Origin: a virus
Taxonomy: Duplodnaviria > Caudoviricetes
Direction: 5' to 3' (one strand)
Virus record (IMG/VR): IMGVR_UViG_2864522212_000004
Coordinates: 1-64,000 of that record
DNA length: 64,000 bases
Shown: positions 56,163 through 64,000 of the stretch, piece after piece
Layout: every line of letters starts with the position of its first letter
Position numbering within the stretch: position 1 is the first letter of the stretch
Translations under genes and position numbers: made by a program
The notes under the pieces: generated by a model
What the model was told of the DNA's origin: nothing
The model's database searches: none
What the model saw: the letters and a program-made list of their open reading frames with translations, nothing else

Positions 56163-57320
56163 TTAGTTTAGGGTGGCGGTGCCGGTGGATAGCGGGATTA
56201 GTTGGGAAAGTAGTGGGCTGATCCATGCCCATTCGGCGAATAGTAGCGTTATCCAGAAGAATAGGCAGGTGGTTGCACGTAGGATGATCGGGCCTGATTG
56301 GATGCGCCAGATTAGTGTCATGAGGTTCCATGATGTTGTTTTCTTCTGGCGGTCTTTGTGCCAGATGAGCCATGACAGGCCTGTGAGGATGCACCAGATT
56401 GTTAGTGTTGCGGTGAACAGGAGTTGGCTGACTGGAGCGTATTTGCTGGCTTTTTGGATGCTGCGTGTGATAGTGGCTTTTGCTTGCTGTATGGGAGTTG
56501 ATTGTTTGGAGGCGAGTTCTTTTGGTATTCCGTCAGCAGTGTTGGCCCAATATTTGAACCGTCCGCGGACGATGAGTCTAGCACTCAGACTGTCCTGTTC
56601 ATCTAGCGAGTATTTACAGGTGGTGAGTGTGATGAGGCGCGCGTCTTTTTGGTCTGTCTGGTCGGCGATGACGGCGGCATCATCGGGGGTCGTCATCCAA
56701 GATGATTGCATTTCATACACGTACCAGTGGTCGGCTGTCTGAATGATGATCGGATCCCCGGGTTTCAACGTGTCCGCCGGCCCTAGGTCACCGGGGGTGC
56801 GGTGTCCGGCGTAGGAGCTGTTGCCGATGCTTCCGGGCATGACGGTTCCTTGGTAGTGTCCGATACCGTAGTTGTCAAGGACTTTCAGATCGGTGCCTTC
56901 TTGGATGGCTCGTTGCCATTCGGCGCCGAACCGGGGGATTCGCATCCAGCCGATCACTGTCGAGTATTCGGGTTCCGGCTCGGTGGGTGGTTCTCCGGTT
57001 TGGGGTTTGGCGATACGGGTTGAACCGTCAGTTTTAGTGGGTTGGGCTGTTTTGAATCCTTGGTTGGTGACGATGGTCTGTTGCGTGTGGATCTGATCCA
57101 TTCCGTTGCCGATGTACACCCATCCGACGTGCATCACTAGGATGATGGCGAGAAAAATCGACATGCCTGCGAACAATTGCAACAGCCGGTAACCCACTCC
57201 TTGTGATTGTCTGTCTTCTCTCTTAGGAACGGTGTTCTCTTCAATATTCCGGAGCGAAATGTCTTCAGTATTGTGCTGAGGACGGAGTCGGCCTGGTCTT
57301 GAGGCGGCATGTCTTCCCAT
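56163..57320 (-). CDS. Sortase (class E-like)
   Basis: IPRFG, GHY, AGHR, LITLTTC...RLIV; N- and C-terminal TMs. Confidence 0.9.
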   Translation of the reverse strand: MGRHAASRPGRLRPQHNTEDISLRNIEENTVPKREDRQSQGVGYRLLQLFAGMSIFLAIILVMHVGWVYIGNGMDQIHTQQTIVTNQGFKTAQPTKTDGSTRIAKPQTGEPPTEPEPEYSTVIGWMRIPRFGAEWQRAIQEGTDLKVLDNYGIGHYQGTVMPGSIGNSSYAGHRTPGDLGPADTLKPGDPIIIQTADHWYVYEMQSSWMTTPDDAAVIADQTDQKDARLITLTTCKYSLDEQDSLSARLIVRGRFKYWANTADGIPKELASKQSTPIQQAKATITRSIQKASKYAPVSQLLFTATLTIWCILTGLSWLIWHKDRQKKTTSWNLMTLIWRIQSGPIILRATTCLFFWITLLFAEWAWISPLLSQLIPLSTGTATLN

Positions 57321-57406
57321 TAGTCTTTTTCCTTTCTTCCCGGATACGGTTTAGTTGACTAACTTCCGTTTTACCGTCTCACTGCTTGGAACGAATGCTA
57401 TCGTCG

Positions 57407-58075
57407 TTAATCACCTTGTCGGAGGCCGCCTGATCCGCCTGCGAATCGGACCGGGATGTCCGCGCATTTCGCCGTCTCCAACAGGAGACGGAACAGTCGG
57501 ACGGTTTCCTCCCTGCCCTCCATAGGGTCGAAACGGATGCCGTCGCCTTTCGACATGGCGGTCTCCAGCATGTACGCCACCTGACCGTCCGCCCCGATGA
57601 ACGCGAGACCGGAACCGTTCTCCACCCACGCCTCGCGGATCGTGTCCCATCGGAAGTTCAGATATCGGCCGAATCCACGGAGGACATCTGCGCCGATCCA
57701 CATGGACCGGCAGCAGGCCAAGAACTCCGCCGACGTGATATTGACGTTGAAGCCGTTCGATGTATCGCCCATCATGAATCCCACCTGGTCGCCGTCCTTC
57801 CCCTCCACGAACGGGACGAGGGTGGCGAGGACGGCGGCAAGAAGGGCGAGCAGTGCGTGATCGCCGTCCTTCAGCGGTGTCCGCTCCCCGTTCACGATGC
57901 TCATGTTGACATGGTTGAACGCCTCCACGATGGCGGCGGACTCCTCGAAGGCGGCGGGCATATCCCCGTCACCGGTCATGCGGAACACACCGTCCGGGTC
58001 GAACTCCCAATCATATTCGACCGGATTGTTGCAGGTCTCGTCATTGGTCTCCACGATGATGCGTTCGACGCTCAT
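57407..58075 (-). CDS. Hypothetical protein
   Basis: Last gene of a coupled leftward run; AAGGAG RBS. Confidence 0.6.
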   Translation of the reverse strand: MSVERIIVETNDETCNNPVEYDWEFDPDGVFRMTGDGDMPAAFEESAAIVEAFNHVNMSIVNGERTPLKDGDHALLALLAAVLATLVPFVEGKDGDQVGFMMGDTSNGFNVNITSAEFLACCRSMWIGADVLRGFGRYLNFRWDTIREAWVENGSGLAFIGADGQVAYMLETAMSKGDGIRFDPMEGREETVRLFRLLLETAKCADIPVRFAGGSGGLRQGD

Positions 58076-58665
58076 TGCTTCTCCTTGTCCAATACGGTTC
58101 TGGATACTTTCAGATATCGTGTGCCGCCCGACTGGCGTAGCTGGCGGTTGTTGATGCTGTCGATGACCGGGGCTGGGGGATCCGTATACGATTCATGCGC
58201 CCGGACGATCACATGATGATTCGGGTTGAACCCGGAGTACAGGTGCGTGATCGCGAAGGTCGCCGATAGTACGTCCAGATCCTTGAAATCGTAGATGGTG
58301 TCCGTTCGGAACCCGTCGATGCCGGTCGGCGGTTCGACCGGTTCGAGACCATGGACGCCGAACATCGCCACCCTGACCCTCATGTCCGGATCATGCTCGA
58401 ACAGGTGCGCATATTCGTCGCGCAGCACATCATATTCGGCTATCGCCCGTTTCGCGGTCATCGGCATGCTCTCCGGGTCGGCAAGCATACGTTTCACGAA
58501 CGCAATGCCCTCGTCGGTGATGATCCGGTCATGCTGCCCGAAATCGACCAAGCCGCGTTCCTTCAACGCGTCGAAACCATAGGGGCCGGTATACCACGAG
58601 TCTTCCTTGAGCCTGTCGACGGCGAAAAACAGCATGGCGTACTGGGCTTTCGTGATGCTCTTCAT
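58072..58665 (-). CDS. Hypothetical protein
   Basis: ATGA-coupled ORF. Confidence 0.6.
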   Translation of the reverse strand: MKSITKAQYAMLFFAVDRLKEDSWYTGPYGFDALKERGLVDFGQHDRIITDEGIAFVKRMLADPESMPMTAKRAIAEYDVLRDEYAHLFEHDPDMRVRVAMFGVHGLEPVEPPTGIDGFRTDTIYDFKDLDVLSATFAITHLYSGFNPNHHVIVRAHESYTDPPAPVIDSINNRQLRQSGGTRYLKVSRTVLDKEKQ

Positions 58666-59450
58666 CGATTGTTCCCCGTCCATTGGCTCAGGTATCCGCG
58701 CACGTCGGCCGCCGTGCCCTCCCTGTCGGAGTCGAAGCCGTCCGGCTGCCAGGTGCCGTCCGACATGATCAGCAGGTCCAGACTGATGGGATGGTCTTCC
58801 GCACCTTGGCTTTGGAATATGACGGCGCCGGTTTCGACCGGGTCGCCGTTCGAGAACAGGTCATCCCAGTACACGTCATCCGCCTCCAATGCCTCGACCC
58901 TGCCAAGACCGGCGACGGTCTTCCGGTAGCCATCGAGAATCTTCCCGCGATTTCTGACCGCTTCGATCAGCCGACTTGCCGCATGCGTCGGATCGGCGGG
59001 CAATAGCGCACGGAACACGCTTTCGCCGACCTCGAACACCAGATAGTCCGGATCCGAAGAGCGCGTGGCGGGGATACCTGAATCGTTCAACCGTTTCACG
59101 GCCTTGTCGGCCTCGTCCATGATGCCGCGGTCCTTGCGCCACTGGTCGTATCCGACGTCGAACAGGACCGTCATGGTCGTCTCATAGTCGGTGTCGAAGG
59201 TCGTTGTTTTCGGATGCCACCAGCCGTCGGAAACCGTCCAGTGGATCAGGTTCCCGTCGAATTCAAGGCGAATGCGCCAGTAGTCGAACGGTCCGCTTCG
59301 TGTTTCGAATGTGGATTTGCAGTCGAACAGTCTTCTCAGGTTCGACCATTCGTACGGTAACATCGGCGTGATTCTGAGCAGAATGATGTTGTCGGCCATC
59401 AACCAGTGACAGTCTGCGAAGAAACGAATCTCGGGCGTGACGACGCTCAT
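58662..59450 (-). CDS. Hypothetical protein
   Basis: ATGA-coupled ORF (MSVVTPE). Confidence 0.6.
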   Translation of the reverse strand: MSVVTPEIRFFADCHWLMADNIILLRITPMLPYEWSNLRRLFDCKSTFETRSGPFDYWRIRLEFDGNLIHWTVSDGWWHPKTTTFDTDYETTMTVLFDVGYDQWRKDRGIMDEADKAVKRLNDSGIPATRSSDPDYLVFEVGESVFRALLPADPTHAASRLIEAVRNRGKILDGYRKTVAGLGRVEALEADDVYWDDLFSNGDPVETGAVIFQSQGAEDHPISLDLLIMSDGTWQPDGFDSDREGTAADVRGYLSQWTGNNR

Positions 59451-59866
59451 TCCCTGCACCATCCTCTCTGTTTCGTCTCCACATACATGGCGTCGCGCAC
59501 CTCGGTGTCGTTCCAACCCCATTCGCGGGCGAGATGCAGGTAGTGTTCGCCTATCACATCGATGACGGATTGCAGGCCCGCACGGTCGGGCACCCCGTAA
59601 TCGTTGGCCTCCGTATTGAATTCCAGCCAGTCCGCTTCGGATACCGAACGCGGTCCGTCATGGTCGGTGATATCCGGTGTGGCCGGTTTGGGTTCCGGCT
59701 TCCATTCTGGTTGTGGCGGTGTGTAGTCGGTCCAGCCGCGCTGCCTGTCGGCCTCGCGCGCCTCCGGTTCGTCCGCCAGCCATTGCTCATGCGTTTCCGC
59801 TTCCTGCCTGTCATCGAACTGCTTGCCATCCGAAGTGGTGTATATGATGCTTGTTTCGATACTCAT
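59447..59866 (-). CDS. Phage-like hypothetical protein
   Basis: YTTSDGKQFDDRQEAETHE; GGAGG RBS. Confidence 0.6.
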   Translation of the reverse strand: MSIETSIIYTTSDGKQFDDRQEAETHEQWLADEPEAREADRQRGWTDYTPPQPEWKPEPKPATPDITDHDGPRSVSEADWLEFNTEANDYGVPDRAGLQSVIDVIGEHYLHLAREWGWNDTEVRDAMYVETKQRGWCRE

Positions 59867-60411
59867 GATTCCTCCAACTGGTATCCGATGTGGCGCAGCG
59901 CGTCCGTGATGGTTTCGCCCGGTTCGCCGCCAAGCGACCGCCCGCCATACTTGTCGTATATCCGCCATTCGTCGGGCTCGGACTGGTAGGCGTATACGGT
60001 GTCCGTCGGCTTCCCGTCCGGCGCCGTCAGTTCGATCGGCTTCGACTCGCCCCGCTCCGACCGCCATCGTGCGATGCCGTGCTTGCGTTCCATGAGCGTT
60101 AGGCTCGCGCCGTCCAGTCCGGCTTCCAGCAGGCTCATGTATTGGCTGTCATCGTTTTCGCGGATATGCCAGTCGTCGCCGTAGTTGTCCTCCATGCCGA
60201 CCAGCAGCAGGGGCAGGCCGGTGCGGCCGCGCCCCTCGTCGCGCACAATCTCGAACGGACGGTCCAACTCGTTGAACGCGGTCTGCCAGATGATCCAACC
60301 CTTGTCGCCGACGCGCGGCGAATCCGGACCATAGCCGTCGCCGTCCTGCCGATCGTCGTAATGGAACCGGTCGAGCAGCCGATGCTCGAAGCGTTCGTCA
60401 ACCGGATTCAT
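59863..60411 (-). CDS. Hypothetical protein
   Basis: MNPVDE..., GAGAGG RBS. Confidence 0.6.
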   Translation of the reverse strand: MNPVDERFEHRLLDRFHYDDRQDGDGYGPDSPRVGDKGWIIWQTAFNELDRPFEIVRDEGRGRTGLPLLLVGMEDNYGDDWHIRENDDSQYMSLLEAGLDGASLTLMERKHGIARWRSERGESKPIELTAPDGKPTDTVYAYQSEPDEWRIYDKYGGRSLGGEPGETITDALRHIGYQLEES

Positions 60412-60419
60412 CGTCCTCT

Positions 60420-60689
60420 CTACCTTTCCCCGCAATCCCAACGGTCGTAGCATGCGGGGCATTCGTATTGCGCGTATTCGGGATTCCACTTGGCGTGCTC
60501 ACGGCATACCAGACGCCAGCAGGCCTCACATATCTCGCCGCAGTTCGTGCAGTTGACGCGCCCGCAACAGGGGCATTTCCTCGCATGCTCCTCACATAAC
60601 GGTATGCCGCAACCGCCGCAGTGGTCAGCCACGTCATCCGGCTCGTACGGGCCGTGGATTGAATCTTCGCAGGTTTCGTTCGCGTTCAT
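60420..60689 (-). CDS. Cys-rich multi-zinc-finger protein
   Basis: Repeated CxxC / CxxH. Confidence 0.6.
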   Translation of the reverse strand: MNANETCEDSIHGPYEPDDVADHCGGCGIPLCEEHARKCPCCGRVNCTNCGEICEACWRLVCREHAKWNPEYAQYECPACYDRWDCGER

Positions 60690-60701
60690 GATGGTTCCTT
60701 T

Positions 60702-61040
60702 TCATTCCTTGCCTAACAGGTCAAGTCCGGCGCATACCGTCTCCCATACGGTCTTGTCGTCGAATGCGATGAGCATGCCGGATATGCTGTATTCGCTCGC
60801 ATGAGGCAACGCGTCGCCGCAATCCACGGCCGCACGCCAGGTGCCGTCGAACATGCCGTAGTCGTCCAGATCGCCCGCATACGACACGTCCGACGGCTTC
60901 GCATGGCCGAGCCGTCGGAATTCCTCGTCGGTAAGAAAGCGCCATTCGCGCGTATCGCGCACGCGCAGGTCGTCTCGGTTGGTTTGCAGTGTAGCGAGTA
61001 TCGCCTTGCGGGCGGTCGTGTGGAAAGATGCTGTTTTCAT
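60702..61040 (-). CDS. Hypothetical protein
   Basis: AAGGAG RBS, coupled. Confidence 0.6.
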   Translation of the reverse strand: MKTASFHTTARKAILATLQTNRDDLRVRDTREWRFLTDEEFRRLGHAKPSDVSYAGDLDDYGMFDGTWRAAVDCGDALPHASEYSISGMLIAFDDKTVWETVCAGLDLLGKE

Positions 61041-61663
61041 GATGATCGTCTCCTTTTCGTCCGTTCTACGTGCGACGCGAATTCCAATGCCTTCTCGCCC
61101 TTGTCGGTCAGCGCGTCGAACACTTGGTCGATGTAGTATCTGCGTTCCAGCACGCCCAGCTCCCGTAGTCGTTGCGATTCCTCCGCCGGTTTGACCACGC
61201 CATACGGTTTAAGGTCTTTCAGGATTGCGATGTCCCGCCCGTCCAGCAGCGGCGGGTCGTCGGGTTCCAGCAACGCTTTCAGACGGTTGGCCTTGTCTTC
61301 CATGTCGGATACGGCGACGGACAGCGAATCAGGCATTGGCGTATCCGTACCGTCGCACAGGCTCGCCCACTTTTTGCGCTTGTCTTTCGCCTTGTCGAGG
61401 TATTTGTTCGCTGTGAGGGTGATTATCCGCACGCGGAATTCGTCGAAGTCGCAGACTCCTTTATGATGGTCGTAATCCCGCCAGACGAAGGTGCCGTTCG
61501 GACGAATCGAGCATTCAAGGAACACGTACACCTTGTTAGGGTTGCGGATGTCCGCTACGTAGTCGGAGTATTCCGATTCGACCAGAGCGAACTCCACGCC
61601 TTCCTTGCCCAGCCTGTCCAATAGGTCGCGGATGGATTGCAGCGTCTTCTCGATTTTCAGCAT
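61037..61663 (-). CDS. Hypothetical protein
   Basis: 208 aa; C-terminus possibly winged-helix-like. Confidence 0.6.
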   Translation of the reverse strand: MLKIEKTLQSIRDLLDRLGKEGVEFALVESEYSDYVADIRNPNKVYVFLECSIRPNGTFVWRDYDHHKGVCDFDEFRVRIITLTANKYLDKAKDKRKKWASLCDGTDTPMPDSLSVAVSDMEDKANRLKALLEPDDPPLLDGRDIAILKDLKPYGVVKPAEESQRLRELGVLERRYYIDQVFDALTDKGEKALEFASHVERTKRRRSS

Positions 61664-61666
61664 TGT

Positions 61667-62206
61667 TCAGTCCTTGTCCAGTCGGTGCACGTTGGACAGC
61701 ATGTGCGATGCGGCCTGACGGCGCGTCTCATACGGGGTGCCGAGTTCCTCGCCCAGCAGCCACCCCTCGAACACGGACACCGGGTCGTGTCCGGAGTATT
61801 TGTTGCAGGATTCGCACACATGCATGTAGTGTTCGGCCATGTCTTCCACATCCTTCGCCTCCTGTTCGTCGCCAAGCGTGTTCCGGCACCATTCGGCGGT
61901 CCTGTCGAACTTGTCTTTCAACCGCATGAGCCGGTCGGTGCGCGACATGGGCGAGGACAGCAGTCGGGCCAGTTCGTCCAATGCCTGCTCCTCGCCCATG
62001 TCGGCTGTATCGAGGACGGTGTTATCCTCGACAAGCTCGTACTGCGTGCGGACGATGCGGATGGTGTCGCTGTCGGGAAGGTTGACGGTAATCTCGTATC
62101 CCGCTTGGGGGTCGCACGCGGTGATGCGTCCGAACTGGTGGTCGTTGTACACATGCCAGCCCGTCAGTGTGCGGGTGACGGTGATGAGGATGTCGCGTGT
62201 TTTCAT
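61667..62206 (-). CDS. Hypothetical protein
   Basis: MKTRD..., in the coupled run. Confidence 0.55.
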   Translation of the reverse strand: MKTRDILITVTRTLTGWHVYNDHQFGRITACDPQAGYEITVNLPDSDTIRIVRTQYELVEDNTVLDTADMGEEQALDELARLLSSPMSRTDRLMRLKDKFDRTAEWCRNTLGDEQEAKDVEDMAEHYMHVCESCNKYSGHDPVSVFEGWLLGEELGTPYETRRQAASHMLSNVHRLDKD

Positions 62207-62306
62207 TTTGTCAGTTCCATTCCTTCGGCGCGACGACAATCCAGCCGTTCCGCTTGAAAGCGTCGAGTACATCTTCCGTGACCTGTTCCATAGTGTCCGT
62301 CATGAG

Positions 62307-62498
62307 TCAGTCCTCCACATTTTCGGTCTTGATGACCTGTGCGTCACTGTCGCTGAGTTCGACCTGTTCGCCTAGACGGTATTCGTCGGCGTTGTTGAGG
62401 AGTTCGTTGATGGCATCCTGTTCGGTGGAGTCGTCGTCGAGTTCGACGGTGAAGGTGCCTGAGTAGGTTTCCTCATAGTTGATGGCGTAGCGCTTCAT
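62307..62498 (-). CDS. Small acidic protein, first gene after a motif copy
   Basis: MKRYAINY..., GAGGA RBS. Confidence 0.6.
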   Translation of the reverse strand: MKRYAINYEETYSGTFTVELDDDSTEQDAINELLNNADEYRLGEQVELSDSDAQVIKTENVED

Positions 62499-62516
62499 GG
62501 TTTCCTCTTTCGTTTT

Positions 62517-62539
62517 TATGTGGACATATTCAGTATAAC
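62517..62539 (-). promoter_or_regulatory. Conserved motif copy (perfect)
   Basis: Minus strand TGTTATACTGAATATGTCCACATA heading the ~5-kb leftward run. Confidence 0.82.
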
Positions 62540-62611
62540 AGACAAATAGGATAAGACAAAACCCGCCTCCCCAAAAAAAAGGAAACGGGTCGGCGAATAT
62601 CAAAAAAACTA

Positions 62612-62905
62612 GGGGTGTGTTTACCCTATTTAAGTTTTGCGTGATGATTGTCGTATGCGTACGCCGAGGTATGACATCACGCCTGACCGGTTCATGAGGG
62701 TCGCGCATCCGTTGCCGCGATAGCACGGCAACGTGGCGGTCGACAACCACACGTTCGTCAACGCCCTGCCGTGGATGTGCCGCACGGGAGCCCGTGGAGG
62801 GACCTGCCGGAGTGCTGCGGCAAGTGGGTCACCGTCTGCCAACTGTTCAACCGCTGGTCCAGGAACGGCGCGACAGGGCGCCTGTTCGCGGCATTGCAGG
62901 AGAAG
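62612..62905 (+). pseudogene. Degraded IS5-family transposase remnant
   Basis: VDNHTFVNAL.WM.RTG, then frameshift, PWRDLPE..GKW.TV...FNRW; CTAG at the left end. Confidence 0.7.
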
Positions 62906-62909
62906 CGGA

Positions 62910-63593
62910 TCAACGGGGCGGAATCTCAGCCACACCAGACTTTCTGTTTTCTTTTTCCTGCTTTCGTGCCTTGTCCCATGCGGCTCGGTTCCATGGGAGT
63001 ACCGGCTTCTTCGGCGGCTCCCCGTATTCCGGTAGGATGAACGTGTAGCCTGTCTCGCTGGTGGATGCTGTAAGCCGCGTTATGGGAGCGCTCCACCGTC
63101 CGGAAGCGTGTGCGTTGAGTTCCGCGCGCTGCCGTTCGAGCCGTTGGCCTGTTTCCTCCAGCTCGTTGATGTCAGGGTTTGAGGTGGGTGGGATGATTCG
63201 TTTGATGGTGACGTTGCCGGACTGGTATTCGACGGTCTGGTAGTCGTATAGGCCGAAATCTTTTTCGAATCCCGAACTGTGCGTGACCGTCAGGGTGCTG
63301 TTGTCGGGGCCTGTGAAACGGCGTGTGTCCTCATGGTAGCTGCCATATCCGTCGGCGTTGCCGTCATGTTTTGTTCCGGCTTCCGTCCATCCGTCCGGCA
63401 GCGTGATTGGTGGTGGGGTGATTTTGCCGTGCTTTTGCAGGCGCTGGAGTACTGGGATCTGCGAGGTCTGTTGCTCGTATGCGCTTAGTGTTGCCGCGTC
63501 GGGGAAGCCGAAGCTGTTGAGTTCGTCTGCGAATCGTCCGTCTGGGGTGCGTCTCCGGCGTTTCGCTTGTGCTGTTCGGCTGGATGTCGTCAA
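62910..63593 (-). CDS. Hypothetical protein with shared N-terminal leader
   Basis: MTTSSRTAQAKRRRRTPDGRFADE...GFP...LSAYEQ; TTG start. Confidence 0.68.
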   Translation of the reverse strand: MTTSSRTAQAKRRRRTPDGRFADELNSFGFPDAATLSAYEQQTSQIPVLQRLQKHGKITPPPITLPDGWTEAGTKHDGNADGYGSYHEDTRRFTGPDNSTLTVTHSSGFEKDFGLYDYQTVEYQSGNVTIKRIIPPTSNPDINELEETGQRLERQRAELNAHASGRWSAPITRLTASTSETGYTFILPEYGEPPKKPVLPWNRAAWDKARKQEKENRKSGVAEIPPR

Positions 63594-63680
63594 TGTTTTG
63601 GTGTTCTTTCGACGAGTGTTGTTTGTCTTTGATTCTAATCGCGCCTTGAAAAAAAAGGAAGCAGGCCGGACGAAAGCAAA

Positions 63681-64000
63681 TCAGCCAAGAAGAGGCACTG
63701 GATAGAATCCGCTCTCCGAATACATGAGCAGAGACCCGTCGCCGATGGGAGTACCGTTGCTCATCGTGGAGAAAGTGTCGCAGAACCACGCATCATGCTC
63801 AAGCAATACAGTCGGAACAGGCGTATGCCCGACCACCTGAGTCAGGTGCATGTCCCCGTCTTCGGCGAACTCGCCGCGATCGCACCATAGGGGAGAAGGC
63901 GTTCCTGCGCCGCCGCGCGCCGGGCCGATGTCCGTCATGGGCACGACCAGTGAGGCCGGATGGAGGAGCATTCGGTTCAAGCGATCCGCGACTTCCTCGA
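63681..64000 (-). CDS. Metallophosphoesterase, C-terminal part (runs off the window)
   Basis: SPLWCD, QVVGHTPV, WFCDTFS. Confidence 0.7.
   Translation of the reverse strand, partial: EEVADRLNRMLLHPASLVVPMTDIGPARGGAGTPSPLWCDRGEFAEDGDMHLTQVVGHTPVPTVLLEHDAWFCDTFSTMSNGTPIGDGSLLMYSESGFYPVPLLG

Noticed and set aside
1418-62539. The dispersed 23-bp motif as CRISPR repeats or integron attC sites
   Set aside because: Irregular kb-scale spacing, both orientations, a -10 box and a fixed position before start codons; no integrase or attC-like hairpin seen.
32983-62750. Recurring peptide CYTEYVHIK / LCGHIQY in several ORFs
   Set aside because: An artefact of translating the promoter motif in spurious ORF extensions.

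Overview
The window (about 55-60% GC by eye) looks like part of a large conjugative plasmid from a high-GC Gram-positive host. A Bifidobacterium megaplasmid is my best guess, inferred from gene content only. Contents in order: (1) a recombination/DNA-handling block with a tandem RusA-like protein, a RecE-like PD-(D/E)XK exonuclease, an XRE regulator and a phage-type SSB; (2) a leftward operon of three FtsK/SpoIIIE-type ATPases plus a membrane-anchored octapeptide-repeat protein; (3) an iteron origin with repA; (4) HipBA; (5) a transfer block with a lysozyme-CHAP hydrolase and a VirB4-like ATPase carrying a class-3 intein in its Walker A motif; (6) long runs of small phage-like accessory genes; (7) three more toxin-antitoxin pairs; (8) three IS200/IS605-family TnpB elements plus three 48-97 bp derivatives; (9) CHAP, NlpC/P60 and sortase genes. 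Five patterns are not explained by standard annotation. A 23-bp promoter+operator motif (GTTATACTGAATATGTCCACATA) recurs about 12 times at the heads of accessory operons, a candidate establishment regulon. Three otherwise unrelated proteins share a ~40-aa N-terminal leader, a candidate delivery or targeting signal. One TnpB reads through its right end in frame into the ATP-grasp gene it interrupted. A fused RusA pseudo-dimer has two halves that lost complementary catalytic residues. A second 27-bp motif is shared only by the two transfer operons. No CRISPR array, rRNA or tRNA was recognised.
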